From: Clostridia bacterium
GTDB taxonomy: Bacteria; Bacillota; Clostridia; Oscillospirales; Acutalibacteraceae
Assembly: GCA_017403065.1 (NCBI GenBank)
Contig: JAFQOT010000006.1
Coordinates: forward strand, 33,865-97,864
Reading direction: 5' to 3'
DNA length: 64,000 nt
Below the pieces are notes generated by a model, which saw nothing but the letters and a program-made list of their open reading frames with translations, made no database searches and was not told where the DNA came from. Positions 19,112-29,400 of this stretch are shown here, in pieces. Positions within the stretch are counted from its first letter, which is position 1; the number at the start of each line of letters is the position of its first letter. The position numbers and the translations under genes are program-made.

Positions 19112-20509
19112 TTACAGATTAAAATATCTTGCAGCGTTGTTGTAGCATATATCTTCAACTAATTTGCCCAAGGTTTCTTCATCTGCGGGATATTCACCGT
19201 TTTCAACCCATTCACCTATTACATTACAGAGTATTCTTCTGAAATATTCGTGACGTGTATAGGATAAAAAGCTTCTTGAATCGGTAAGCATACCAACAAA
19301 GTTACCAAGTACAGAAAGGTTTGCCAAGGATTTAAGCTGATTTTCCATACCTGTTTTTGTATCGTTAAACCACCAAGCAGAGCCGTGCTGAATTTTGCCT
19401 GCCACCTCTGTGCCCTGGAAGCAGCCTAAAATAGTGCCAAGCATCTCATTATCCTGTGGGTTTAATGAGTACAGAATAGTCTTAGGAAGCATTCCCTCAA
19501 CCTGAAGGGCATTTAAAAAGCCTGTAATAGCAACGCCGCAATCCTTAACAGAAATGCAGTCAAAGCCTGTATCAGCCCCTAAACGCTCAAACATTTTGGT
19601 GTTTGTATTACGCTGCGCGCCGTAATGCAGCTGCATAACAATATTGCGCTTTGCATATTCGCGGCCCAAGTGAAGCATAATAGCGGTTTTATACATATCA
19701 GCTTCTTGCTGAGTGATTTTCTTACCCTTAATAGCTTTTTTGAATATTTTTTCTACCTGAGTCTCTGTTGCTGGTGAATAAACAACGTAATCCAGACCGT
19801 GGTCGGTAGCGCGACAGCCCAATGAACAGAAAAAGTCAAGTCGGTTTGTTAAGGCTTTTTTTACATCAGCGGCAGAGCTAATAGGCATACCAGCCGCCTT
19901 AGAAAGAGCACCTATGTACTCAACAAAGCCCTCTTTTTCGATGTTTATCGCCTTGTCAGGACGGTATGATGGAACAACCTTTACAGAAATACTTTCGTCC
20001 TCGGCGATCTTTTTATGCCATTCAAGAGTGTCAATAGGGTCATCGGTAGTTCCGATTAAAGCAACATTTGATTTTTCTATAATTTTACGAACCGTCATAT
20101 CGTCGCTTTGAAGCTTAGCATTACATTCATCCCACGCCTTTTGAGCAGTATTTCCGCTTAAAATCTCGTCAAAGTCAAAGTAACGCTTTAACTCAAGATG
20201 AGTCCAATGATACATAGGGTTGCCGATAGCGCGGGGTAACATTTCTGCAAAATGCTGAAACTTTGTACGGTCATCAGCAGAGCCTGTAATTTCGTTTTCG
20301 TCAACACCGTTGCTACGGATAAGACGCCATTTGTAATGGTCGCCGCCCAACCAGATTTGAGTTATATTTTCAAATTTACGGTTTTCGTAAATTTCCTTTG
20401 GGTTAATATGGCAGTGATAGTCGATAATCGGCATTTTTTCTGCATATTTGTGATAAAGGTTTTTAGCAGTTTGATTAGTTAAAATAAAATCGTCCTTAAT
20501 AATACTCAT
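19112..20509 (-). CDS. uxaC: glucuronate isomerase
   Basis: N-terminus YHKYAEKMPIIDYHCHI... and ~465-aa length are characteristic of UxaC. Confidence 0.92.
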   Translation of the reverse strand: MSIIKDDFILTNQTAKNLYHKYAEKMPIIDYHCHINPKEIYENRKFENITQIWLGGDHYKWRLIRSNGVDENEITGSADDRTKFQHFAEMLPRAIGNPMYHWTHLELKRYFDFDEILSGNTAQKAWDECNAKLQSDDMTVRKIIEKSNVALIGTTDDPIDTLEWHKKIAEDESISVKVVPSYRPDKAINIEKEGFVEYIGALSKAAGMPISSAADVKKALTNRLDFFCSLGCRATDHGLDYVVYSPATETQVEKIFKKAIKGKKITQQEADMYKTAIMLHLGREYAKRNIVMQLHYGAQRNTNTKMFERLGADTGFDCISVKDCGVAITGFLNALQVEGMLPKTILYSLNPQDNEMLGTILGCFQGTEVAGKIQHGSAWWFNDTKTGMENQLKSLANLSVLGNFVGMLTDSRSFLSYTRHEYFRRILCNVIGEWVENGEYPADEETLGKLVEDICYNNAARYFNL

Positions 20510-20521
20510 TTTAAACTCTCC

Positions 20522-22003
20522 TTAAAGGGTTACACCGTCTTTAAAAATTGCAAGCTCGTGTTTGTCAAGCTTTTCGGATTTAGCTTTTTTATCGCCTGAG
20601 GCAATTTGAATAATAAAGTCAATAAATTGGTCTGAAAGACTATCCATATCTGTTCCTTCAAGCAATGCCCCCGCATTAAAATCTATCCAGTTGTTTTTCT
20701 TGTTAAAAAGAGCTGTGTTACTGGAAATCTTAACTGTAGGAACAGGACAGCCAAAGGGTGTTCCACGTCCAGTAGTGAAAAGAACAATGTGTGCGCCCGA
20801 AGCCACAAGAGCGTTAGCTGCAACAAGGTCGTTGCCGGGTGCCTGTAAAACAGAAAGTCCTTTTTTATAAACAGGCTCGCCGTAGGAAAGAACTGCCTCA
20901 ACAACACCTGTTCCGCCTTTTTGAACGCAGCCTAACGACTTATCCTCCAAGGTGGTGATGCCGCCTGCCTTGTTACCTGGTGACGGATTTTCGTCCACCT
21001 TTTCGCCGTAACGCATAAAATATTGCTTAAAGTTGTTTATCAGCGCCACCATTTTTTCAAACTCATTTTCTGTTCGGCAACGGTTCATAAGTATGGTTTC
21101 TGCGCCGAACATTTCAGGCACTTCGGTTAATATAGAGCTTCCGCCCATTGAAATCAATTTGTCGGAAAAAGCGCCTAAAAGCGGATTTGCGGTAATGCCT
21201 GAAAATCCGTCAGAGCCGCCGCATTTAAGGCCTACAATCAACTCGCTTACAGGGCATTCTTCCCTCTTAAAGCGGTCTGCATATTGGCAAAGCTCTTTCA
21301 AAATTTCGCAGCCCTTAGCAATTTCATCCTCATAATCCTGACAAACGAGGAATTTAACCCTGTTTTCGTCACACTCGCCTAAAACTCGCTTAAGCTCGGC
21401 AATATTGCCGTTTTCACAGCCAAGACCCACAACTAAAACAGCCGCAGCATTAGGATGGCGGATAAGCCCTGCAAGATATTTGAGGGTGTTTTCCTGATCA
21501 TCGCCAAGCTGTGAACAGCCGTAAGGGTGATTATAGGAAAAAATACCGTCAATATTTTCGGTTTTAAAGTCAGCCGCTTGGGTTTCTAAGGTTCTTACAA
21601 TAGAATTTACACAGCCGACTGTTGGAATTATCCAAACCTCGTTACGAATACCAACCTTGCCGTCTGGCCTCTTGTAGCCCATAAAGGTTTTAGCTTCTTT
21701 AGAGGTTAATTCGCTGAAATCGGGCTTGTATTCATAGTCAAGCAGCTCGCCTAAATTAGATTTAACGTTAGGGGTGTGAACGTGGCTTCCCACCTTAATA
21801 TCAGTCTTTGCATGGCCGATGGGAAAACCGTATTTTATAATGTTCTCTCCCATTTCAATATCCCTTATAGCCACCTTGTGACCTGCGGGTATACTGTCAT
21901 TGGCAACAATAGTCTTGCCGTCAATTTCAAAGGAATCACCCTTTAAAATCTCGTTAACACAAACCGCAACATTGTCGCTTACGTGAATTTTTAATGCTTT
22001 CAT
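20522..22003 (-). CDS. uxaA: altronate dehydratase
   Basis: SAF N-terminal domain (DNVAV...AGHKVA) plus UxaA/GarD C-terminal region; ~493 aa. Confidence 0.9.
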   Translation of the reverse strand: MKALKIHVSDNVAVCVNEILKGDSFEIDGKTIVANDSIPAGHKVAIRDIEMGENIIKYGFPIGHAKTDIKVGSHVHTPNVKSNLGELLDYEYKPDFSELTSKEAKTFMGYKRPDGKVGIRNEVWIIPTVGCVNSIVRTLETQAADFKTENIDGIFSYNHPYGCSQLGDDQENTLKYLAGLIRHPNAAAVLVVGLGCENGNIAELKRVLGECDENRVKFLVCQDYEDEIAKGCEILKELCQYADRFKREECPVSELIVGLKCGGSDGFSGITANPLLGAFSDKLISMGGSSILTEVPEMFGAETILMNRCRTENEFEKMVALINNFKQYFMRYGEKVDENPSPGNKAGGITTLEDKSLGCVQKGGTGVVEAVLSYGEPVYKKGLSVLQAPGNDLVAANALVASGAHIVLFTTGRGTPFGCPVPTVKISSNTALFNKKNNWIDFNAGALLEGTDMDSLSDQFIDFIIQIASGDKKAKSEKLDKHELAIFKDGVTL

Positions 22004-22006
22004 TTG

Positions 22007-23470
22007 TTATTCTCCCAAAACGGATTTTATTGCCTTTGCGGTATCCTCTTTAATAGCCTTAACATACTCTGTAACCTTGTCTGAAAATTCAGGATATTTA
22101 GTTAAATCCTCGCCCCAGAAATCCACATTAGAAGCCACCGCATTTACAAAATCGCTGTCAGCCTTGCCGCTATTTGCAGCGAAAAATTGTAAAACCTGAG
22201 CATCGTCGTGTACTACATATTCAGTACCGTCAGCGCGTTTGTTGTATAATCCGTCTTCTCTTAAATCAGAGCTTCTGTAGAAAGAAAGCAAAGCCGCGAA
22301 CGAGAATGTAATCATTGTAGGAATTTTGCCGTTTGCATTGAAATTATCCTTAAATGAAGATAATACTCTCGCCTTCCATTTAGAAACTGAATTTAATGAT
22401 ATTGAAAGCAGAGCGTGGTCTATAAATGGGTTTTCGAAACGTTCAAATACAGATTCGCCGAAAGCCAAAACCTCATCTAAAGGAAGCTTAACCATTGGGG
22501 CAATTTCCTTTACGACAATATCTCTTACGAATTTACCCATAATTTCATCCTGCATACAATCTCTAACAATATCAAGACCGTAGAGATATCCTGCAAGTAC
22601 AGAAGATGTATGCGCACCGTTGAGAACACGTACCTTGCGCTCGCGGTATGGCTTTTGATTATCGGTAAATACAACCGGCAAACCGATTTTAGCAAGAGGA
22701 AGCTCGTCGCTTATATCCTTTTCGCTTTCGATTACCCAAAGAGCAAAAGGCTCGCCCACGTCTAAAAGGTTATCCTCATAGCCTAAAGCCTCGCAAATCT
22801 TATCAGCCTCGCCTCTTGGATAGCCTGTAACAATACGGTCAACGAGTGTGCTGCAGAAAACGCAAGCCTCGTTTAACCAAGCCTTGAACTGCTCGCCTAA
22901 ATTCCAGCAATCGCAAAGAGCCAAAACACATTCCTTAAGCTTAATTCCGTTATCCTCAATAAGCTCAACAGGTAAAATTATAAGTCCCTTTGATTTGTCG
23001 CCCGAAAAAGCATTAAAGCGTTCATAAAGCATTTTTGTAAGCTTGCCTGGGTATGTATTGGGAAGACCGTCAAAATTATCGTTTTTATCAAGTACAATAC
23101 CAGCCTCGGTTGTGTTTGAAACAACAAATCTTAAGCTGTCAAGACGGGCAATATCCATCATACCGTCATAATCCGCGTAACAGTCAACAACCTTTTCCAC
23201 CGAGGTAATCACGCGACTTTCGTCAACAACCTTTCCGTTTTCCTTGCCGCGCAGAACAACGGTATAAAGATTGTCCTGATTATTAAACATTTCAAGACTG
23301 CCAAAGGGCACTGCCTTTAAAATAGCGATATTGCCGTTGAAATCGCTTTTTTCGTTAGCAATATCAATCATATAGTCAACAAACGCGCGTAAAAAGTTGC
23401 CCTCGCCGAACTGAACAACCTTAATAGGTCTTTGCTGTCTCTTAATGTTTAGCTCTGTGATTTTTTTCAT
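22007..23470 (-). CDS. uxaB: tagaturonate reductase (altronate oxidoreductase)
   Basis: Mannitol-dehydrogenase-family N-terminus VQFGEGNFLRAF and ~487-aa length; synteny with uxaA/uxaC. Confidence 0.88.
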   Translation of the reverse strand: MKKITELNIKRQQRPIKVVQFGEGNFLRAFVDYMIDIANEKSDFNGNIAILKAVPFGSLEMFNNQDNLYTVVLRGKENGKVVDESRVITSVEKVVDCYADYDGMMDIARLDSLRFVVSNTTEAGIVLDKNDNFDGLPNTYPGKLTKMLYERFNAFSGDKSKGLIILPVELIEDNGIKLKECVLALCDCWNLGEQFKAWLNEACVFCSTLVDRIVTGYPRGEADKICEALGYEDNLLDVGEPFALWVIESEKDISDELPLAKIGLPVVFTDNQKPYRERKVRVLNGAHTSSVLAGYLYGLDIVRDCMQDEIMGKFVRDIVVKEIAPMVKLPLDEVLAFGESVFERFENPFIDHALLSISLNSVSKWKARVLSSFKDNFNANGKIPTMITFSFAALLSFYRSSDLREDGLYNKRADGTEYVVHDDAQVLQFFAANSGKADSDFVNAVASNVDFWGEDLTKYPEFSDKVTEYVKAIKEDTAKAIKSVLGE

Positions 23471-23506
23471 AATTAGCCTCTCCTTGCTGAATTTATATAA
23501 AGATTT

Positions 23507-24529
23507 TTATTTTTCAAACTCTTTGTTTGTTATACGGTCAAATTCGTTCCAGGCAACATCCTTGAAATAACGGTGTCCGCCCTCGCCTGTAACCATAGAA
23601 CAGTTTTGCTCGACCCCTGCGGATTTGTAAATTTCCTTAATAACCTCAAAAGTTTTTACAACTCCTTCGTGAAGGAAAATTTTATCCTCCCGTCCGTTAA
23701 CAACAACAAGCTTTCTTGGAGCTATCATAGCAGCCAAATCACCCATACGGAAGTACTTTGCTATTCCAGGTACATAGTTGCAGGTACAGTGGGGAACATT
23801 TGCAATAGATTCTTCGTAGGTGCAAATCCCGCAAGACGGCATCGCAACGGTTATGCGCTCGTCAAGACAAGCGGCATAATATGTAGCTGTTCCGCCACCT
23901 GAATTTCCTGTGCAGGCGATACGTGTTGCATCTATTTGTGGGAATGTAAGGGCGGCATCAATACCCACCGAAATATCCCAAACCCTGTCGCCTAAAAGGG
24001 TTCTTCCAAGTAATAGGTTTATCATGGCTGTTGGAGCGCATCTTGGCTTGCCGTTATCATTCTGATTCCAAGCTATTTTTGTGCGTCTTTCACCGAAACC
24101 TCTTTGCTCTAAGCAAATGGTGGCAAAGCCCTTTTCTAAAGCCTGAATAGCAATATCCCTGTCGCCTTCCTTTGCGTTGTCGCCCTGATATTTGTTTTCA
24201 CCCATTTGAATATGCATTCCTGTGCCGTGACCTGAAAGCACTACAACCAAAGGATATTTTTCCTTATTAAGCTTTGGTATGCAAAGACGGGCAAGTCCCT
24301 TGCAATTCTCTTCTACATCGTAATTTATACGGTATTCGGTATACTTTTCGGTTTCGGTTGTTTCCTCAACCACTAAGTTAAGATCCACTTTCTCTCTCTC
24401 GACACCTAAAAGCTCTCTTAATTTTTCCCTCATAGCCGTCTGCTGAGCTTTAAAATCCTTTGAACTGTCAAAAGCTAATCGAGGCTTATTAGCGAGTAAT
24501 TTTTTTTGTATATAATCAGGCGAATACAT
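23507..24529 (-). CDS. alpha/beta-hydrolase, probable carbohydrate esterase
   Basis: Nucleophile elbow GNSGGG, C-terminal GGH; first gene of the uxaBAC string. Substrate not inferable. Confidence 0.7.
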   Translation of the reverse strand: MYSPDYIQKKLLANKPRLAFDSSKDFKAQQTAMREKLRELLGVEREKVDLNLVVEETTETEKYTEYRINYDVEENCKGLARLCIPKLNKEKYPLVVVLSGHGTGMHIQMGENKYQGDNAKEGDRDIAIQALEKGFATICLEQRGFGERRTKIAWNQNDNGKPRCAPTAMINLLLGRTLLGDRVWDISVGIDAALTFPQIDATRIACTGNSGGGTATYYAACLDERITVAMPSCGICTYEESIANVPHCTCNYVPGIAKYFRMGDLAAMIAPRKLVVVNGREDKIFLHEGVVKTFEVIKEIYKSAGVEQNCSMVTGEGGHRYFKDVAWNEFDRITNKEFEK

Positions 24530-24687
24530 ATTATCAATCCTTTTTAAATTAAATCATAAAAAATCATTCAATAAAAACTTAAACAATTTTTTAACATTCT
24601 AATTTATATTAGTTAGCGTGACAGGGAGACACCCTGCCACGCTATTATAAATACTATGCAATTTTCTTAATAATTTAATTTTGCATT

Positions 24688-26448
24688 TTAGAATTTTTCT
24701 TCTTCGCCATTAGTGGTAAAGAAGGACTTTTCGAAATCGGAACGCTGATAGATTCTCATATAATCTATCTTTGTTTCATAGATATTGTCGATCATATCCT
24801 CGCTCCATCTAACGTTACCGTAGACACTGCTTCCAAGACGGCCGCCGAAAATAGGCTGAAGAATTACTTCTCTTAAAACTTCAGGTCCGCGGTTTTGGAA
24901 TTCACTCTTAATATCATAGGTGTAGAACACATCGCCGTTTGCTGCAAAGGACATAAAATCAGGTGTCCATTCCATGCTGAGAACGTAAAATTCGTCGTCT
25001 AAGAGAGGCTCGCCCTCTTTTACGTTGAATATTCTGTCCTCAGACCACTTTGTACCGTCGATAGAGGTATGACCTCCACTTGCATCAACACTTCCGTCCG
25101 CATTGTAAATGTCCCACCAACGGTGAACGTTAGATCTGAAATAGTCATTATAACCGAAGTTTTCTAATGCATCAATTTCTATACGGGGCTGCCATTTTAA
25201 CTGTTGAACAGTACCAAACCACCAAGACAATGTAGCTGGTGAGTCTGCCTGCTTATAGCGAGCTTCCCATAAACCATATCTAAACTGAACCTTTTTGTTC
25301 TGAGCACTCGGCGCATAGAAGTTTCTGGTAGTTTTATCGCACCAGTAAGGAAGTGTCCATATACCGTCCTTAACGGTGGTATATTTATCGAAATCCTCTC
25401 CGGAATACCAAATGAAGTCCGTACCGAGAACGCTTTGTTTTTCGTTAACCGATTTACCTCTGATAGTCCAACCTTTATAGTCGGCTTTAGAGTTGAAATC
25501 CAGACTCCAGACAAGCTTATAATCGCTGTCAGTAAAGGTTGCCATTTCGGTTACGTTATGGTCCTTAGTGTAAGAGAAGATCTTATCCTCTTTAGCGCTG
25601 TTAACAAAATCGTTATAGAAAACCTTTACTGCGATAGCTAAGGTTGCATCATCCTTAGCGTTGATAACAAGCTTCTTGCCTACAACGCGGATAGTGTAAT
25701 CCTTGCCTGCTAAATCAACCTGACTTTCCTTACGGTTTGTATTGCCAATAAGAATTTCATAATCGGTTTCAGCCTTTAAATCATTTACGAGTTCCATCTT
25801 AACGCCTGTCTGGGCGAAGTAAAAATCGGTCATTTCTTTGCAAGGCTTATAAGCAACCATAGCGCAGTTGAAAGGAGTAACAATACGGAATTTGCTAAGC
25901 TCGACTCCTGCTATGTTGTGCTTTTTTTCGTCGAACTTTTTCTGATAAATAAATTCGTATCCGTTATATAAATTCTCCCAGCTTTTCTCGTCTTTACAGA
26001 AGGTTTCTAAAAACCACTCCAAAGCTTTTTGTGTTACATCGTCACTAAAAGCATAAATAACGATTTTGTAGCCTGTTGCCTTAACAATAAAGTCATTTGC
26101 TGAATTTTTGCGGTTTTCTTTAAGAATTTTTTTAGCATCTGCTGTTTCGGGACGGTTTGTTTCACCTACTAAAAGCTCATAAGTCTGAGCATCGTAATCT
26201 AAAACGTCCTTCGAAAGAGTAGCAGCGCATGAAAGATTTTTACGAACATTTATTCTGAAATCTTTAACTGCATCAGTAAGCTCTGTAGTAGCTTTTTGTG
26301 GGTAAACAATAGCATAAGTAAATTTACCTTTTGTAAGCATTTCAGGGATTTCAACCGATGCGGTGGTAGAACCACCGCAGGCTGTTGCTGTTAAAATCAT
26401 AAGCAAAGCTAAGGTTAATGAAATTAAACGAATTATTTTAGTTTTCAT
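24688..26448 (-). CDS. lipoprotein with two N-terminal alpha/beta repeat domains and a C-terminal GH16-like beta-jelly-roll
   Basis: Lipobox LTATAC; repeated ...YE(L/I)L(V/I)G(E/N)TNR... modules; GH16 catalytic signature EIDALE in PRIEIDALENFG. Confidence 0.75.
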   Translation of the reverse strand: MKTKIIRLISLTLALLMILTATACGGSTTASVEIPEMLTKGKFTYAIVYPQKATTELTDAVKDFRINVRKNLSCAATLSKDVLDYDAQTYELLVGETNRPETADAKKILKENRKNSANDFIVKATGYKIVIYAFSDDVTQKALEWFLETFCKDEKSWENLYNGYEFIYQKKFDEKKHNIAGVELSKFRIVTPFNCAMVAYKPCKEMTDFYFAQTGVKMELVNDLKAETDYEILIGNTNRKESQVDLAGKDYTIRVVGKKLVINAKDDATLAIAVKVFYNDFVNSAKEDKIFSYTKDHNVTEMATFTDSDYKLVWSLDFNSKADYKGWTIRGKSVNEKQSVLGTDFIWYSGEDFDKYTTVKDGIWTLPYWCDKTTRNFYAPSAQNKKVQFRYGLWEARYKQADSPATLSWWFGTVQQLKWQPRIEIDALENFGYNDYFRSNVHRWWDIYNADGSVDASGGHTSIDGTKWSEDRIFNVKEGEPLLDDEFYVLSMEWTPDFMSFAANGDVFYTYDIKSEFQNRGPEVLREVILQPIFGGRLGSSVYGNVRWSEDMIDNIYETKIDYMRIYQRSDFEKSFFTTNGEEEKF

Positions 26449-29400
26449 TACAGTTTAGCCTCCTTATTCTTTTTATTCTTAATTAAAATTACGGTTAATA
26501 CTACGCCGCCTGCAATTAAAATTACAGCTGCGCAGATTATAATTACAAATACTGCTACAGGCATACCTGCTACAGAACCGCTTGAAGCAGGACGTGAGCC
26601 TAAGTTAGGATCAACAATCTTTTCTTCGCCCTGTTCCTGTGCTTGCGCATATTTCTCGTATGCTTTAACCTCAGCTTCGATTTCATAATCCTCTAAAGGT
26701 TGAACACCGCGGCTTAGCTGAGCGCCTTCGCCTTGATATTCTATCGTAAAGTCATCGAAGAACAAGCTGCACATACCAGGTGTTCTAAGAGAAATGTACT
26801 GCGCCTGAGCTACGAATGTGTAGGTTACCTCATGCCACTGATTGTCTGTTAAATCAGAAATGTTTATAACGTTAGTATAGTTACCCTTTCTGGAATAACC
26901 GTACTCTGGGCTGTGACAGGAAGCAATGGCAATAGAACCCTTTGTATGAGTTGTCTTATCCATCTTAACCCAGAAGGTAAGCTTGTATATAGCGCCTACA
27001 CCCATCATATCCTTAGGTGACATTATCTGCATAGCGCTATATGGTACGCCGTTACCAATTCTGTGGAAAGAATTATTGCCGCCGTGTACATTTGCCTTAT
27101 TATAGCCCGCGGTCTTTGGAGTATAAAGCTCTGAGTCGAAACCTTGGAACGGATTCAAAAGCGCTTCATCGAAATTCTCGAAATCCTGAGTGATAAGACG
27201 CTGTGCCCAAGAAGCATAAATCATTGTATCCTTAGTGAGCTTGAATTTCTTTATCTTGGTTGTCATTGAGTTTGAATCATAGTAGCCTACGAAAGCCATC
27301 TCCTTGTTACAAGGCTTAATCTCAGGAATGGTAACTGTTGTGTTTGTTTTGTAAATAAGGTATGGAACTTCCATTCTCTCAAAGGATGAGAAGGTTAACG
27401 CGCTTTGATTATCATCAAGACGGGTTATGGTGATGTTATCAATGCGGAAATCTGTATTAGCACCGCCAGCCAAAGATAATGCTAACTCGCCGTTTCTCTG
27501 AGTGGTGATAACACCTGCATAGGTGCCCCATTTCTCAAGAGGCGTGTTTTGAGTAAGCTGGTAAACAACGGCTTGATTTTTCGTATTCACACCAAGAATA
27601 GGTTCCTCTTCTTTTAGATCCTGGGTAGTGTATATAGTACGTGCTGTGTAGCCTATACTTCCTGTGTAGAATGTTATACCAGGTCTTTCAATGTTAATTG
27701 TAGGTGGAGTGATTAAATAATAATCAAACGATACCGCGTATCTTTCACCCTTCTTAGCAATAATATTCTCTCCGTCGAACATAAGCGGAATAGAGGTATA
27801 CATAGAGATACCTGGATTACCGTTAGAGTTAGGAATATTCGTGTCAAACTTAAGACTGTATTTACCTTCGGTTGCATAGTCTGTTACACGTGAGAGCTGC
27901 TTTGTATATTTGCCTGACTGGAAGTCGAATGTGTAATCGTCTTCAAATCCGCAAACAAGCCTTTGGCCTGCAGCGAATGCCCAGTTAGCATAAACGAATA
28001 TATCCTTATCGGTTTTAAAGGTGCCGATAGGTTGGCTTAAATCCTCGTCAGCATACCAACCGTAGAAGGTCTTTTTAGTACCAAGTGCAGCTCCGTCTAA
28101 TTTAGGCAGAGTTACATTAGCATTCTTCTTAACGATGAAGTATGGCTGAGTCTGTGCATATCCGCTCTTTGCAATTACAACAGCCTCATCAGCAGCAACA
28201 GCTTCAATACGGATATTGTCGATATAACCCTCGGATCCTTTACCTCCAGAAAAAGCAAAGGTTATGCAGTCTCTTGCATTTTCAAAGGTCATAGTGTCGG
28301 TCACAACAGACCACTTATCAACAACTGTTAGGTCATTTGGTGCCTTGTAACCAAGTTGTTTTTCGTTAGTTGATACAATATTACCGTATTTACCTAAGGT
28401 GTATTCCCCACCTGCTCTTGCAGAAAGACCTAAATACAGGTTACCTGAGGCAGCGTTGGTAACAATATAGTAATCATAAGAAATTACATATTTCTGACCT
28501 GCTTTTACAGTTACAGGCTTGCCTGAAGCGTCAACAAGAGCCAGACTTGCAGCACTTTTACCGTTATCAGCTACCGACTTATTAGGGTCAGGTGCCTTAA
28601 AGTGAAGCATTTTACCGTTAGCGCCGTCTACTACTTCAAAGAGGGCCTTTTTAGGATTAGCGGTAGATGAAGATTCTAAATCAACCGTTCCGTTACCTTC
28701 AAAGTCGATAAAATATTTATCTCTTGCGGCAATAACCCATCTTGCATATACAAGCTTGTTATCGTCAACAGCGGTAAAGCTTGATACCTTTTTATCTGCA
28801 GAGCAATCCTTGTCGGTATACCAGCCCTCAAATGTCATTTGAGAAGCAGAATCATAATACTCAACATTTGTAGGTAAGATATAATCCTCACCCTTTGTTA
28901 CTATGTAGTAAGGTGTATTAAGCTTCATACCTGAAACTGTAGAAACAACTACAGCCTGTTCATTATCTTCAAGCTTTCTGATTTTGATGTTATCGATATA
29001 ACCCTCGGTATTTTTACCGCCCATCATAACCAAAGCCAAGTACTTCTGGTTAGAACCGCTAGTAGTTGTGCCAATTGTTACAACGTCGGTCTGAGTAATC
29101 CAGCGACCCTCTTGGGTGTTACCGTAAGGAATAGCATGGTAAGCCGAGTAAATATACTGCTGAGATGCCTTACTTGCGGTAGTTGGGAAGAATTGTAAGA
29201 TATGGAATGCATTAGAGGTATTTCTGTTTTCAAAGCCTATGTAAAGCTTATTGCTATTAGTAGTAGCATTTGTCTTTAAGTAATATTCATAGGATATTAC
29301 ATATTTTTCCCCTGGGGTAGTTTCAATATAATTACCGCTTCCGTCCTTGAACATTAAGCGTGTAATTTTACTTATGGAGCCTACATGCTTATCTGTATCG

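Noticed and set aside
24613-24644. Terminator after the GH16-like gene (gcgtgacaggg...ccctgccacgc)
   Set aside because: The hairpin is real (one mismatch), but there is no T-tract on the minus strand. It is kept only as a possible weak or Rho-assisted stop and not listed as a feature.
26448-26600. LPXTG sortase signal, SLH or dockerin at the C-terminus of the 1623-aa protein
   Set aside because: No LPXTG-like pentapeptide precedes the hydrophobic helix, and no SLH or dockerin-like repeats were seen. I call it a plain TM anchor.
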